Origin: Trichoplax sp. H2
Lineage: Eukaryota
Assembly: GCA_003344405.1 (NCBI GenBank)
Contig: NOWV01000002.1
Location: 930,001-994,000 of the forward strand
Reading direction: 5' to 3'
Length of the DNA stretch: 64,000 nt
Positions 1-13,391 of this stretch are shown here, one piece after another (the stretch's first letter is position 1; every line of letters starts with the position of its first letter). A program made the position numbers and the translations under genes. The notes beneath the pieces are model-generated. The model saw nothing but the letters and a program-made list of their open reading frames with translations, did no database searches and was not told the origin of the DNA.

Positions 1-1942
1 CATTGGTCAATCAGGTAGACCTGGTCTATCTATTTCTGGACCTATTGGTGAGATCGGAGAAGTAGGTATTCCAGGTATTAATGGAACTAGTGGAGATGTT
101 GGAGAGATCGGTGATCAAGGCCCTATAGGGAGAAGAGGAGATTCAGGGCTAAAAGGCATGACAGGAGAGCAAGGACAAGCTGGAGAGGTCGGAATAAGAG
201 GTGATAATGGCACAATTGGAGATGTAGGAGAGGCTGGCTTGCTATTTCGTAATTTGTCTGAAGTCGATTATACAATAAAAGGAGAACAAGGTGATCAAGG
301 TTATCAAGGAATGATTGGTGATCAAGGAGTCCAAGGTGATATTGGTCCACGCGGTCTAATAGGTTATAAAGGTGATCAAGGTGGAAGCATTGATGGTGAC
401 ATAGGGCGCAAAGGTTTAGCTAATTTAGTTAAAGGTGTACTGGGTGATGTTGGCAGTCTAGGATTATCTGGTGAAAAGGGGTTGGTCGGCATTTTAGGTT
501 TTAAGGGCTTTCCAGGTGATCAAGGACCAAGTCGATCTTTTGCTGATGCTGGATTCCTCTTAACGGTCCATAGTCAAACTGATCAAATACCTGATTGTCC
601 TGGCAATCGAACTCGATTATGGATAGGATATAGTTTTCTAAGTATGACGGGTAAAAGCAAACACAGTGGACAAGATTTAAGTTCAGCTGGTTCTTGTTTA
701 AGAGCATTTTCGACGGATCCTTTCGCTTACTGTAATGGTAACAACCTCTGCCATCGAGGTGGCAATAGCATGGTTACCTATTGGTTATCAACATCGCTCA
801 CTCCAGCTATGATGACTCTGACTGGTCTTAACATTCGACCTTATATCAGCAGGTTGATGAAACTTTAAATACTGCATACATTAATCGAATTTATAAATTT
901 ATTAAGCTATTACTAACAAGGTTTTTCAGTTATTACTATAGTTACATGTTACAATATATCTATCGATAGTCGTTACCAATAATAAGAATAACTTAGTGTA
1001 TTCCACTTTGAATAAGTCATAAAGTGATTCGATAGTCAAGGTTTGACGTAGATTGTGAAATTGATGCAATTCAAGGATTTACGTCGGCAAGATTTCTGTA
1101 CGATGGAAGTATAGATGATGAAATTAACTAATTATAGTACAGTGCGATATTGATGTTATTATCGACAATTAACAACCTAATTAATAAGAATAAGAGTAAC
1201 AATTACATGAAAGAGATTTACATATATATCTTTCCCGTGGTTTACCATCAAGTTTTTAGTACTGTATTCGGTAATACTACAAATTTGATGATATAGCTAT
1301 GCCACCATGAATTTGATCAGTCTTTCTAATTTGTAGCATAATGATTAATTTCATGGTGGTTGATAAAGGTACATTAAATGTGTTTACTGCTGCAATATTA
1401 TTGAGCTCCAGGAGAAGCTAATTTTTATTTGATGTTTTGTTAAAATTTCAGATGCACTGTTTGTGAAGCTGAAGCAAATTCTATTGCACTCCATAGCCAG
1501 TCTCAAACTCCACCTTCCTGCCCAAGTGGCTATGAATTGTTGTGGCAGGGCTACAGCTACTGGATGGTAAGATAATTAGTTGATAATGCTTCGATTTGAT
1601 CATGATTTGGTAATTGAGTGAATTGTTCCTGTACGTAATTTGCATGTGATTTGATATATTGCATTTTAATTGCAGCATACCGGTCAAGGAAAATCTGTAG
1701 CAGGCCAAGACCTCTCTTCTCCTGGTTCTTGCTTAAGACGGTTCCAGTCAATGCCATTTATTGAGTGTGATGGTCCTTCTGGTAGCTGTTTCTTTTACAG
1801 CAATTCTAAGAGCTTTTGGGTTACAGCAGTCAATGTTACCGATCAATTTGAGCCGCCGACTGCTACTGTACTCAATTTTAACGATAACCCTCAATCTTAT
1901 ATCAGTAGATGCAGTGTTTGTTTAAGGAAATTTACGACCTAG
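1..1942 (+). CDS. COL4A: Collagen type IV alpha chain, 3' part (Gly-X-Y region plus NC1 domain); 5' truncated by window
   Basis: Gly-X-Y repeats followed by NC1 motifs HSQT..PDCP, GQDLSSAGSCL and YWLST..PYISRC. Exons <1-852, 1452-1566 and 1676-1942 join through GT-AG introns, restoring ISR|CTVCEA and YSYWM|HTGQG. Ends ISRCSVCLRKFTT*. Confidence 0.97.
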
Positions 1943-2797
1943 ATACATCATTCAATTCAATTATCGTATTTAAATAATGTTATTAATACGCATTCAATTT
2001 GTCCGCTCCACTCGTTAGCAGACCAGTTCATTTATTATTGATAAATTTTCTCCTATTAAAGTAAAAAATGCCATTACAGATGACTCAAATAGGCTATTAT
2101 TACTAGCTGAATTTCTAACGTAGAATTGATATTTTCTAATAGTAAGGCGTGGAATTATATTAAAAAAATTCCAAAGTAATTTCGCAATTTTTCTGTCAAT
2201 TAATCAATTATTCAATTGTTAAAGACTCCTTGGTACGGATTTATGATGAAAAACATAAATAAAACTTTCAATTTTTTATGTATCTAACGATAGATAATAT
2301 CATATGTCAGTAATTATTAATGGGAGTATGCAGACATAACGTGATCGTACTATATATAGATTGCATTGCTACCTACTAAGGTTATTGATATAAGTACCCT
2401 CCATAGCCTAATATGCCAGTAAGTATTAGAACTAAATCCAGCTTGGAAGCGCAGTAGATATTTACATCAATTGATATCTTATTAATAAAAAAATTCATTT
2501 AATATCCAAAATGTAGCTTGTGAGGATAATTTAAAAGTATCCAGGACAGGTTAGGTGTTAATAAAGGCTAATATCCATTTAATAATATACGGCAATTATT
2601 TTTTACCAGTTACAGTAGCTGGAGAAAAGGAACGTAACTATACAGTACGTGTTAATCAAAATATCATGTTCAATGCTTAATGATTATACAAACAGACCAC
2701 AAAAATTCTTCTGAAGTATTTGAAAAATATTTTATGGCATTGAAAACTTTCGTGCTGTAACTAATTTTAACTGTATGTATACAAATTTTTTCATTCT

Positions 2798-5501
2798 TTA
2801 CGCCGTACTATTACGCGATAGCAAAGACCAAAGTTTTACAGAAGATTCTGTCATTATGTGCTCTTCAGGATCCTGATCAACGTCATTATCATTATCATAA
2901 TTACGACCGGGCGTAACAAATAAACGTTGACCACATGATGAAGCAAGGAGAGGTAAGGTTGGATGAAAGCTAAACATACGAATATAATCAATCGAGCGTT
3001 AACACATCACAATTGATCGAATTGAATGGGGCATATTGTTTAAAGCATAGAATCGGTTCAATGAATACACTTTCTATATAATTTCTCACCTAACACCATT
3101 TACGGCATCACGATGGGCAACAAATTGTAGTAACGAAGGTAATGGAGAATCCTTTTCATCATTTTGTGCTGATAACGTTGTATCCCAGATGTTGATTGTA
3201 CCATCTTGGTTGCCGGATGATAAATATCTTCCTGACCTAATTGGTAATAGAAACAATTTCTACAATTAATAGGACACATAACTTTATTATTATACCACGA
3301 CGACAAGCTTACGGATCTAGATCAAAATAAATTCGTTGATTAGTTAAAACTTGTCTTGTCATAGAGCAAAGCACAACACCAGGTTGTCTAAGATCCCAAC
3401 ATAAAATTTCACTGTCCTGTACAAAAATTTGTAATAAATATGACGTTATCAAAAGAATAACAGTGATGATGACTTCGTCTATACTACACTTTGAAATGAT
3501 GTGCATAATTAGTTAAACCTTTCTTCCGCCAGTGAAGAGCCGATTTCCGTCAAGAGAAAATTGTAAATGAGTAATTCCCCCATGATGGCCCTTCAATTGA
3601 AAACATAGATAGCCGCTGGGTTCTTCATAAATGCCAACTAATGATAATATGACATACTAGTCTTAGTCGAAGCATTTTAAAATGTTATGTAATACATTAA
3701 GAGTTAATATTTTATGTCTTATAATACATTGCAATATAAAATAACCTGATCGAGAATATGAGCCAACAGCATATAAATCTGTATGGTAAGGGTTCATCGC
3801 TATACATGATATAATCCCACTTTGTCCTTCCTTATTAACTATGCAGACATAAGGCGAAAGGATTAATCCAACTTTTAAACTATTGTGATAGATTAGTTAT
3901 CAATTGTCTTAGTATTCTTTACCGAAAGTTGGTCTATTTTCAAAATCGCGACCCGGCCTTGAAGTATGGAATACACGAACGGATTTTTTACTACCGCAAT
4001 AAATTAAATCACCATTTAAGCTAAAGGCCAAGCTATGAGCAGGTGATAATTCATCCTATTTCATTAGCAAAGTTTATTAGCTAAAATTAATTGCAGTAAT
4101 TACTTAAATAGTGCTATCCTGCGTCAAGTTAGTCACAAAAGATTTCGTACCAAATGATTGAAACAGCTATAGGAGCATCTAATTTGGCCGGTATAAGCGT
4201 CCCACAAGTGTAAAGGATGATCTCGGCTTGTACTTAAGAAGCTAAAAAGATTAAGAATGTAGATCGAATATATCATCAAATTTCTGTATGAAGTATGTAT
4301 TGTTTATGCAGTAAATTAAAACGTAAAATGACCGCAAAAGAAAAAGTTTTAGATAGTAAATTTCATATACCAGCATGTAGCGGCATCATATGATGACATC
4401 TTGGGATACCAAGTATAATCATAGATAGTTTCTCCTTCTGCCATTCTCAATGCGCAAGTCTATCCAAAACATATAACAAATCTCCATTAATTCATTAATA
4501 TCATCATCAATCCATCTTTAAATGTATCGTTAGTTGGTGATATATTTTATTTACCAGATCAGGTAGTGTCAAACATGGTTGCTCGTAAGCCTCTAAAGGT
4601 AAGTCAAATACACGAAGGACATTATCATTCGCGTTGGTTAATAAACAGGAACCGTCAGGGGACCTGAAATGAATCATGTTATGATTAGACGAATGAACAG
4701 GATGATTGCATTGTTAGTTAAATATTACATAAAAAATGATTGCTTCCACATTGTTTAGTTACTTTGGCTGGTATAATACGTATATGCAGAGTAATTATAC
4801 AGTATTAGGGGCGTCATATTACCATTTGCAACCTTTGAGAAAATTTTCACTTCGGTTATGAAATTCAGAGTAATTGACACAAAATTCCAATGGAGTAGTG
4901 ACAAAATCGTAATTGATTAATGGTCTAGGAATAGGCAGAGATTGAGTAAATTCTTACGCATTATGTAGTCGAATAGACGTTTGTATTAAATAATGGTACA
5001 AATATCATTTCATAGTTGAGCATGAACCTAACTTTCACTTGAAATACAAAAAATTTTGCTTTTCACTAATCTACTAGCATATACTCCACGTACATGATGT
5101 GGTCTTCGTTAGATTCCATGTTATCTTCGTTCAATTCCGTGTTATCTTCATTGGATTCCATGTTATCTTCGTTGGATTCCACGTTGTCTTCGTTGAATTT
5201 CATCTTATCTTCACCGCTGCCGTTATCATCCACCTTTGGCTGATTCTCGTTAGGTGAAATGGTCACTCTCTTGAGCTAGCGGAATTTGCTCAGTATCACA
5301 GGGTAAATCCGCATTGGAGGTTACAATGGTCATTGATTTATCAACGTTATCTTGCAAATCCATTTCTGGCGATTGTTTTAAATGAGAATTTGCATTAGCC
5401 AAATTGGTATGATCGTTTTGTGTATTATCGTCGTAATCTTGTAATAGAATGGATTGATCGATTTGTTTATTATTTACAGTTAGCGTACATTCCTCATCCA
5501 T
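2798..5501 (-). CDS. WRAP53: WD40 protein WRAP53/TCAB1 (telomerase Cajal body protein 1)
   Basis: Spliced minus-strand exons give [102 protein letters not shown] and [15 protein letters not shown]. Stop at 2798-2800. The start at 5501 is tentative because of a frame break near 5265. Confidence 0.93.
5103..5207 (-). repeat. Coding 21-bp tandem repeat, 5 copies (NEDNMES-like heptapeptide)
   Basis: Units tcttcgttagattccatgtta / tcttcgttcaattccgtgtta / tcttcattggattccatgtta / tcttcgttggattccacgttg / tcttcgttgaatttcatctta. Confidence 0.95.
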
Positions 5502-5552
5502 CTCTTGCTTATGGCTGTTATAATACTGTAACACTATACCAGTGCAATCCAC

Positions 5553-6185
5553 TTTCGAAGCAAATGCAAGTTACTCCAATTTCGATATAGACACAGCCGA
5601 CAGTATCTTTAATATTGCATGACAATCTCAAGGGGTGTCCTTCGTAAACGTACGGATTTATTTACGCTCGAGTAAACACTTGGTCGTATACCAACAGTTA
5701 AAAATAGTAAAATTTTAGATTTTCGAAAAAAGTGGAAGTGATACCAATCTTGATGTTAATGAAGCAATAAGGATATCCTCAAAGTTGCATAACGATCCCA
5801 GCGGACGTCCTTTCCAAATGCAGAATATTTCCTTATATCACCATGGGCTGTTGTATGTACGTATGTACAGTGCTTTACCTTAATACTACTACGACAGTCA
5901 CACTATCTGGTTTTCGAGTGTAAAAATACCAATCTTGACGTTGTGCAACTCACAAAGTAGTAAAAATATCTTCAACGTTGCACAACCACCTCAAACGATA
6001 TCTTTTCCGAATGCAAGGCGTTTATTTATATTCTAAAACGTTGTACTAGACTATTATAATGACCAAAATAGCCGATATTTCAAATCAATCACAAGCTATA
6101 CCTTATCTGTAGACAAGGTAGCAAATGTATCTTCAGCGTTGCATAGCGACCTCAACGATCTTCATTCCAACTGCAAAAGATTGAT
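5553..6185. repeat. Degenerate tandem array, ~4 copies of ~170-190 bp
   Basis: Recurring core tatcttcaacgttgca..ac..cctcaa.....tc.ttcc.aatgca, with units starting near 5553, 5721, 5912 and 6078. Confidence 0.75.
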
Positions 6186-6847
6186 TAGCGTAGCAATTGA
6201 TCAGCAGAACCTATCAGTCACCAGATTACCTTCTCAATAAATAATATATATTCTAGTTTAGCATAAAATGATCTTCCAAATGGAATCAGAGCGGTTTTCT
6301 CTTAGTAGTCCCTGGCTAACTTTGCTAATTTGGTCGATTTGCGAGCTGATGTGCAAAGTGGAAAGGCTTTTGCAAAATTGTATCCTAGCAGCCAGTAAAG
6401 CTGCTGAGCGTAGTTATGTGCTCACGCTATAGCTAACGTACAATACTACACTATACAGTACTGTTACAGACGTAGAATTTGTATCGTCAACGCAGTCCAC
6501 TTCTAGTATAGTATGTTGTACTGTAGTTTACAGTACAACTTTGTACTGTGCACTGTAGACTGGATGGAGTTTACTGAACCGATTTGGCTTCCAGGAGTTT
6601 TATACAGTACCGTATGCAGGGATGGAGCGTAAGCAAGACTGCAGACTCTAGCTATAACACTAGAAGGCATTTCATAAAATTGTTTGAACGACTGCGATTA
6701 ATCCAGCTCCGCCCTGGGCCACTAGCCATCGATGATTTAATTCAAGCTTGCACTCAATTTTAATTTACAATTAGTTAATATTATTAAGATTCCCCTGGAA
6801 TATTATTGGTTGTATTACAATCAACGTTAATCCATCCATCTTAAATC

Positions 6848-9800
6848 ATGCGAATTCTGAGCAATAGAGTAGTCATTGTCAAGGTTAATGCTTCGATGAA
6901 AACGACGTTCCTGGATTTACCTTCCAGTTGCAGAGATTACTTCAGCTCGCACTCCAAGGTATTGGCTGCAAGAGTGGCTTGCCTACAACTGTTTAACGTG
7001 GAGACAATTTTAGTTCTCTTTGCGCTAGATGACTTCATTCTTCTCCAATGGATATAAATTCTAATATACATTATAATATCCAGTTAGTAATAAGAATTCC
7101 ATTGGATTGGTAGATCAGCAGTTATAGCGATGATCCAAGGATAGAGAATTACGCACAGCTGGATCCACGGCTAATTCCGATAATTATAATTTTGTCCATG
7201 TAGCAACGATAGTCAACAATAGATACTCATCATACTAGCTTACTTTACTCTAATGGATCATAGCATACATTAAAATATTGAGTGAGTTGCAAAGATATCA
7301 TTAGATGAGCAGTATAATGATAGTCGCAATGATGATACTACGAATCTAGAATAGAGAATTCCGCAAAACTAATCTACGTGTACTTCCGATAATTTTGCCT
7401 CATGATTACTAGGGTAAAAACAACAATCGCGATGTACAATTGCTAATAAATCATTAATCATAGGTACTGGTTTTGAAAGCCGAATGGAATGATAGCTCAT
7501 TTGCTTACTTTACGTGGTCTGGTCAGTTTGTCAGGAAAAGCAAGAGATCCTTCGATTCAAATGACTACATCCAGATTAGCAGCCAATATGCTAATCAATT
7601 GGGTATTAAAGATGGGAATGAGGTAAATACTCGTACAGGGCTGCCCTTGAATAGCTATTATAAACGAATCTTAGCCGCCAAGTTTAAAATTGATTCATAT
7701 TTTGCTCGTATTCCTAACTGTATTATAACCCAAAGGTAAAAATATGTTTCTAATGTATTATACTGGTATTATTTATAGATTGTTATCAGCGAAATTGAAT
7801 CAATAGACAATTGTTCCAGTGCCTCCATAGAGCCTGCAACTAGCGATGATTGGGAAATTTTAGTAAGCTTATCTTTTTCCTTAATAAAGATCGATGCGTT
7901 ATGCGCTAGTCCTTTCCAGTGTGTGTAATTATGAATCATGAATCACATATTATTGACGATATAGGAACTAAATTCCCAGTATGTGGAATCAAATTTATTA
8001 AATCAAGTACGCGTCATTTGGCCTGGACAAATTATGCCCATGTGGATTCATGGTAAAGTTTGCGCTTTACTTAAGATAGGTAAGCCAATAGCATAGTTTA
8101 AGTATGAGTCAATAAAAATTCGTTTAAGCTATCGGAAATACCTACTTATTGTGAAATCAAACTATGTAATTCTAATATCTAATTTCTATTTAGTTGATGT
8201 CGAGCCAGCTGCATCATGCTTATTACTAGATAATTCTACCAAGTTAGTTGTTGCACCTAAATTGCGATCTAAATCATCATTGGCAAAAAATACGGCGAAT
8301 TTTGACTCTAAAGCATCGGATACAGGTAAAGATAACCAAAAATTAGGGTCGACTACTGAAAATGAAGAGAGTATCGGATTTTATGATCAGTTGTGGTCTA
8401 TGTTTTCCACATCACAATCAAGAAATAATATTGAAAACGAAGATAGCAACAATACTGGAGATAGCAGTAAATATAGTTTAGAATCGTTACAGCTATCAGG
8501 AATCGATAGGAAATTTAGAATTCAAGATGGTGATCTTTATGACGATCTTAGCAATATTTATTCTTCAAATCAATACACATTGGATGTGCATCCCTCTGAC
8601 ATGTTGAGCCTTTTACCATCTAGGCAACAATATGTCAGTAATAAAAACATCATGGTTGTCGTTGAGTGTGACAGCTTTAGCCTTAACAAAGATTCAAATG
8701 ATAATGGAAAAGGAAAGAGCAAGGACGAAGAAAAAGATTTAAAACCTTCCAAAGGTAGCAATCTTAGGAAAACTATAGTATATATTACTGCATGTGAAAA
8801 AAAGAATCTTGACAACGAAGATAGTTCGTTAGTACCAGTAAAAGAAAATCATATCAAAATGTCATCAATATTAAGAAGACAGCTGAACTGTAGTTTGGCA
8901 GCCTACGTGAAAGTGAAAAGTGTGACTGCTACAGAAGCAGTAAATGCAGCTATCATGACGATTATATTGCACCCTCTCGTAAAAATAGTATGTATCAATA
9001 GATGGTTCATGATATATCATTCTGATAGATAATGAAAAAGCGCCCTCATTTGCGTTCAAAATTTAGAATATCTGAATATAATAAATTATTTTATAGAACA
9101 CCAATTTACTACCAAATACTGAAATAATAAAGGCTTTCGCATCGTGGGTAAAAGAATGTTCCACTGGATTACCAATACCCGTGATTGACGGCTCACTACT
9201 ATCTTTTCCAGTTAAAATCAACGGCAAAAGTTAGTATTAAAAATCTCGTAATAGGAATGTGGTAACGATATCGTCTTGTTTATTAAGATAACTATGGATA
9301 TTTATTCCTATAATTTCTAGATAATAAAGTGGAAGTGGTATTACATATCGAAACTTTTTCTACCAGTATGCTCTTTTCTAGTTCCGGGTTGTTCTATTTT
9401 TTACTTTGTCCTCAAAGCCTAGAAAATGTAGATATTAGCGTCGGAGGTCTATATAACGACACTGATATCGCGAAAAGATATCCAATATGCAATTTAGAAA
9501 ATGTCGACTCATATCATCCTGAATGTCAATATTTTCAGCTAGGGTAATGCCAGTATTATTATCCACATTCTGTAATGACAAACTTTTAAAATATTTACTA
9601 AATCTTTTGTAGTGGCTTTGAAAATGAGCTTGAGATAGGAATACAACATTTACTGCTTGATTTGAACGGCGCCCAGGACATTGTGACAATTAATGATGGT
9701 GGTATCATAATCTATAGCAGTACTGGTGAAGCGTCAGGATGTGGAAGAACTGCTTTAGCTCATGGATTATGCCATCTAGCTAGTAAATGGCCCCTGCTAG

Positions 9801-12710
9801 CTCACATTCAAGCTATTCATTGCTTATCAATGCGAGGTATTTTATTCAATACGACGTATTAACCTTCTTGAATACTTTTTATTACAAGTAAAACGCAAAG
9901 TTTGTATAGTTAATCGTTTGAAATAATAAATTAGGTAAAAGGGTCGATCAAATTCGGCGATTGCTACAACAGACATTTAAACAAGCGGTATATCATCAAC
10001 CATCAGTTATTTTACTGGATGATATTGATTGCATTACGTCGTTGTCTCAAGATCCTGCATTGGAAGTTGGGGAAGATGCAACTTATAAGTTGAGGATTGC
10101 AGAAAGTAAGTATAATTTGATCATCCCTTTCATTGTTAAGTTTATGTAATTTACAGATTATAGATAACTGTCTGTTTATGCTATTTATAGCGATTTATGA
10201 AATCTGTAAAAAAACAATTTCCAAGAAGGATAGAATATCAGTTATTGCAACGTGTCGAAGCCTGGACGCATTACAACGAATTCCAAACTGGATTCATTTA
10301 TTTCGAACAACTATTGACATAAAACCTACTACGATAGTAAGAAGTGGAGAAAAGTTTATATGCATGAGTAACGGCAAAATTTTAACTTACATTTCTATTT
10401 TATTAAACTTTTGTTGCTAGGAGAGCCGAGCAAAAATTCTTGCTGCTATTCTAAAAAGGAGAAATATAATTTATGATGAAGACACAATTGATCTTAAGTA
10501 TAAATTTGAAGCTTCTATAATTTTGCATCGTACCATTATTTTCTTAACTAAATCACCATTTATGTAACCAACCATTAAATGCATTTAAAGTTTGTGGGCC
10601 TCTAAAACTCATGGATTTCTACCTGGAGACTTACTATCTTTAGTAGATCGAAGTCGCCATGCCGCTACTAACAGACACATCAAGAATAACTTAGCCACGA
10701 ATAATTCTTTGAACGTTTTCAACTGTGACATTGAGAAGGCTCTAGAAGGATATACACCTGCAGCCTTACGTGGTGCAAGCCTACATTCTCCGGGGGATTT
10801 ATCCTGGCAAGATATAGGAGGACTGAATGATATCAAGGCTGTCTTAGTAGAAACTCTACTTTGGCCATCAAGGGTTAGGATTTTTAAAACATACCGCTAG
10901 TATTTATACACGATTTGTTAAATAACGAATTTCACGTACTATTATAGTATCCAAAATTGTTTGCCAGTTGTCCTCTCCGTCTTCGTTCGGGAATTCTACT
11001 ATATGGACCCCCTGGTTGTGGTAAAACACTTCTTGCTGGGATTGTTGCAAAGGAATGCGGATTAAATTTCATAAGTATTAAGGTGTCTTACTGCTTTATA
11101 AAATTATGGATGGGTTGTAAATTTTTATTCCCGATATTAATCAAAAGAATATGCAATTTATGATTATTTAATCAAGGGTCCGGAAATACTTAATAAATAC
11201 ATTGGTGCTAGTGAGCAAGCTGTTCGAGATTTATTCGTGAGGTAATTTGACGTGTAAACTTGAAATGAGTTTGTGTCAAATAACTGACTAGTAATAACAA
11301 TCAATAGTTATAATCTAAGACTCGTTAAACCAATAATTTTCAAATTTTTAAATTTTTTTTAAAAGAGCTCAATCAGCCAAGCCATCCATTTTATTTTTTG
11401 ATGAATTTGACTCGATTGCACCCAGGTATGATTGCGAAATTAATAAACTATTTAGACATTACGAAAATTTAGTATTGTAACTTTAGTGCTGAAATTTGTT
11501 TATTACACGATTAAAATAGGCGAGGACATGATAGTACTGGTGTTACAGATCGAGTTGTCAACCAACTCCTCACTCAATTAGATGGAGTAGAAGGCTTGGA
11601 AGGTTACTTCATATCTGTACTTTCAATTAGTTAACCTTTGGTATAAACTAATAGAATTTATGCAATATTTTAATCATTTCTACTTTTTATTGTTATAGGT
11701 GTATATGTACTTGCTGCAACCAGTCGACCTGACTTAATCGATCCAGCACTTTTGCGCCCTGGCAGATTTGATAAGTGTTTAAGATGTGATTTGCCAACAA
11801 AGGTATCGTATCAGTCTTAATTTGTATAATACTAATATGTATAGCGAGAATGGAACTATTCCCTACTCATTTGGTATCATTTTTTATTAGCAAGAACGAG
11901 TTGAAATCTTGAAAGCGCTTTCACAAAAATTAACCTTATCAAAAGATGTTGACCTAGATGAAATTGCTGAAAGTTCTGAACATTTTAGTGGGGCTGATCT
12001 GAAGGGACTCTTATATAATGCTCAGATAACATCTATACATGAAAGCCAACAGTATTATACAAAGGTATCAAATACAGTCCAGGATTATCAACCCAATAAA
12101 TTTACAAATAAAGAAATACTACTCATACACGGTTTCAATGAGACTCCACGATCTCCAAATGATACCGAAATTAAAGAAATCAATGCAGCGGTATGAAATA
12201 AATTTTAGAAGGGCTTACTATACTGTATAGATAGACATCGCCGCTATTTGTTGATTTTATTTCATTTATGTTATTTGTCTTAACCTGTCAGTTGATGCCA
12301 TTAATGTCATCGAAGAGTAAAGGAGCAGACAATATGAAGCATAACTCATTACACCAACAAAGTAATCATTCGGATAAACGTGCAGTCACCATTGCTATTA
12401 CGAATGATCACTTAATACAAAGCGCTTCAGAAATGAATCCATCGGTTTCTGAATTTGAGCGCGCGAAATATATAAGGATGTAAGTATTGCTGCGATCCTC
12501 ATATAATTCAGGAATTACTTAGGACCCTGATTCTTATCTCATATTGGTTCGGTATGAATATCGAGATAGATAGAAATTTATTACATCACAGTTTACTAAC
12601 TCATTGCCAATTTCTGTAACTATAGATATGATAACTTTGTTAAGTCCCGTACTGGGCTATCGCAGTCATCCGATGAGGATACTAAGGGTAAACGTGTTAC
12701 GTTGAAGTAA
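6848..12710 (+). CDS. PEX1: Peroxisome biogenesis AAA ATPase PEX1
   Basis: N-domain [33 protein letters not shown]1 with [12 protein letters not shown]2 with [69 protein letters not shown] and [17 protein letters not shown]. Ends GKRVTLK*. Many short GT-AG introns. Confidence 0.96.
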
Positions 12711-13391
12711 AGACTATTTCAAGGTATATGTGTAATAGCAATATTTAGATATGCTTGATTATTCTTATTTGTTGTATCAATTCTGACGAAAGCAAAATGG
12801 TGATTGAAAAGTATTGATAATAGTACTGTATACTGTAATCAAATTAATATGACCATATTTTTGAAGAAGATAGCATACAAGAAAATTTGGAATCAAAAAA
12901 TTGTGATAGTGGTAACATCTCTAACTAGAGCCAATGAATTTATTTTTTTTGATATCTGAACGTGAAATTAATATCAGATAAAAATTACTATACAAGCTAT
13001 TAATCTTATGATAGCATCAATAATTAACAATCAGAAATTGAAATTTTATACTGGTTCGAATCAGTTTCAATTCCTTTCGTGAAAATTAACTTATTAGCAA
13101 AATCCATCCAACATTGAAGAAATATTTATATCTTGTTACAAGATTTACTAATATTTTTAATAATGCCAGTTTTTACCGAGATTTGTGATGTAATGAATTG
13201 CGTAGATCGCAACGCATTTAATTCTGTGATTATATATAAGCTGATAAATACTGCATTAATGCCAATGAGAGGCTGAGAAAATTTATAAATGTGATTTTTA
13301 TATTCTTTGCCACTTTCCCTATAATCAATAAAATATGCGATGTACCATTTAAAATCAGATCGATTCCTGTAAAAATTTCTTGTAACTATGT

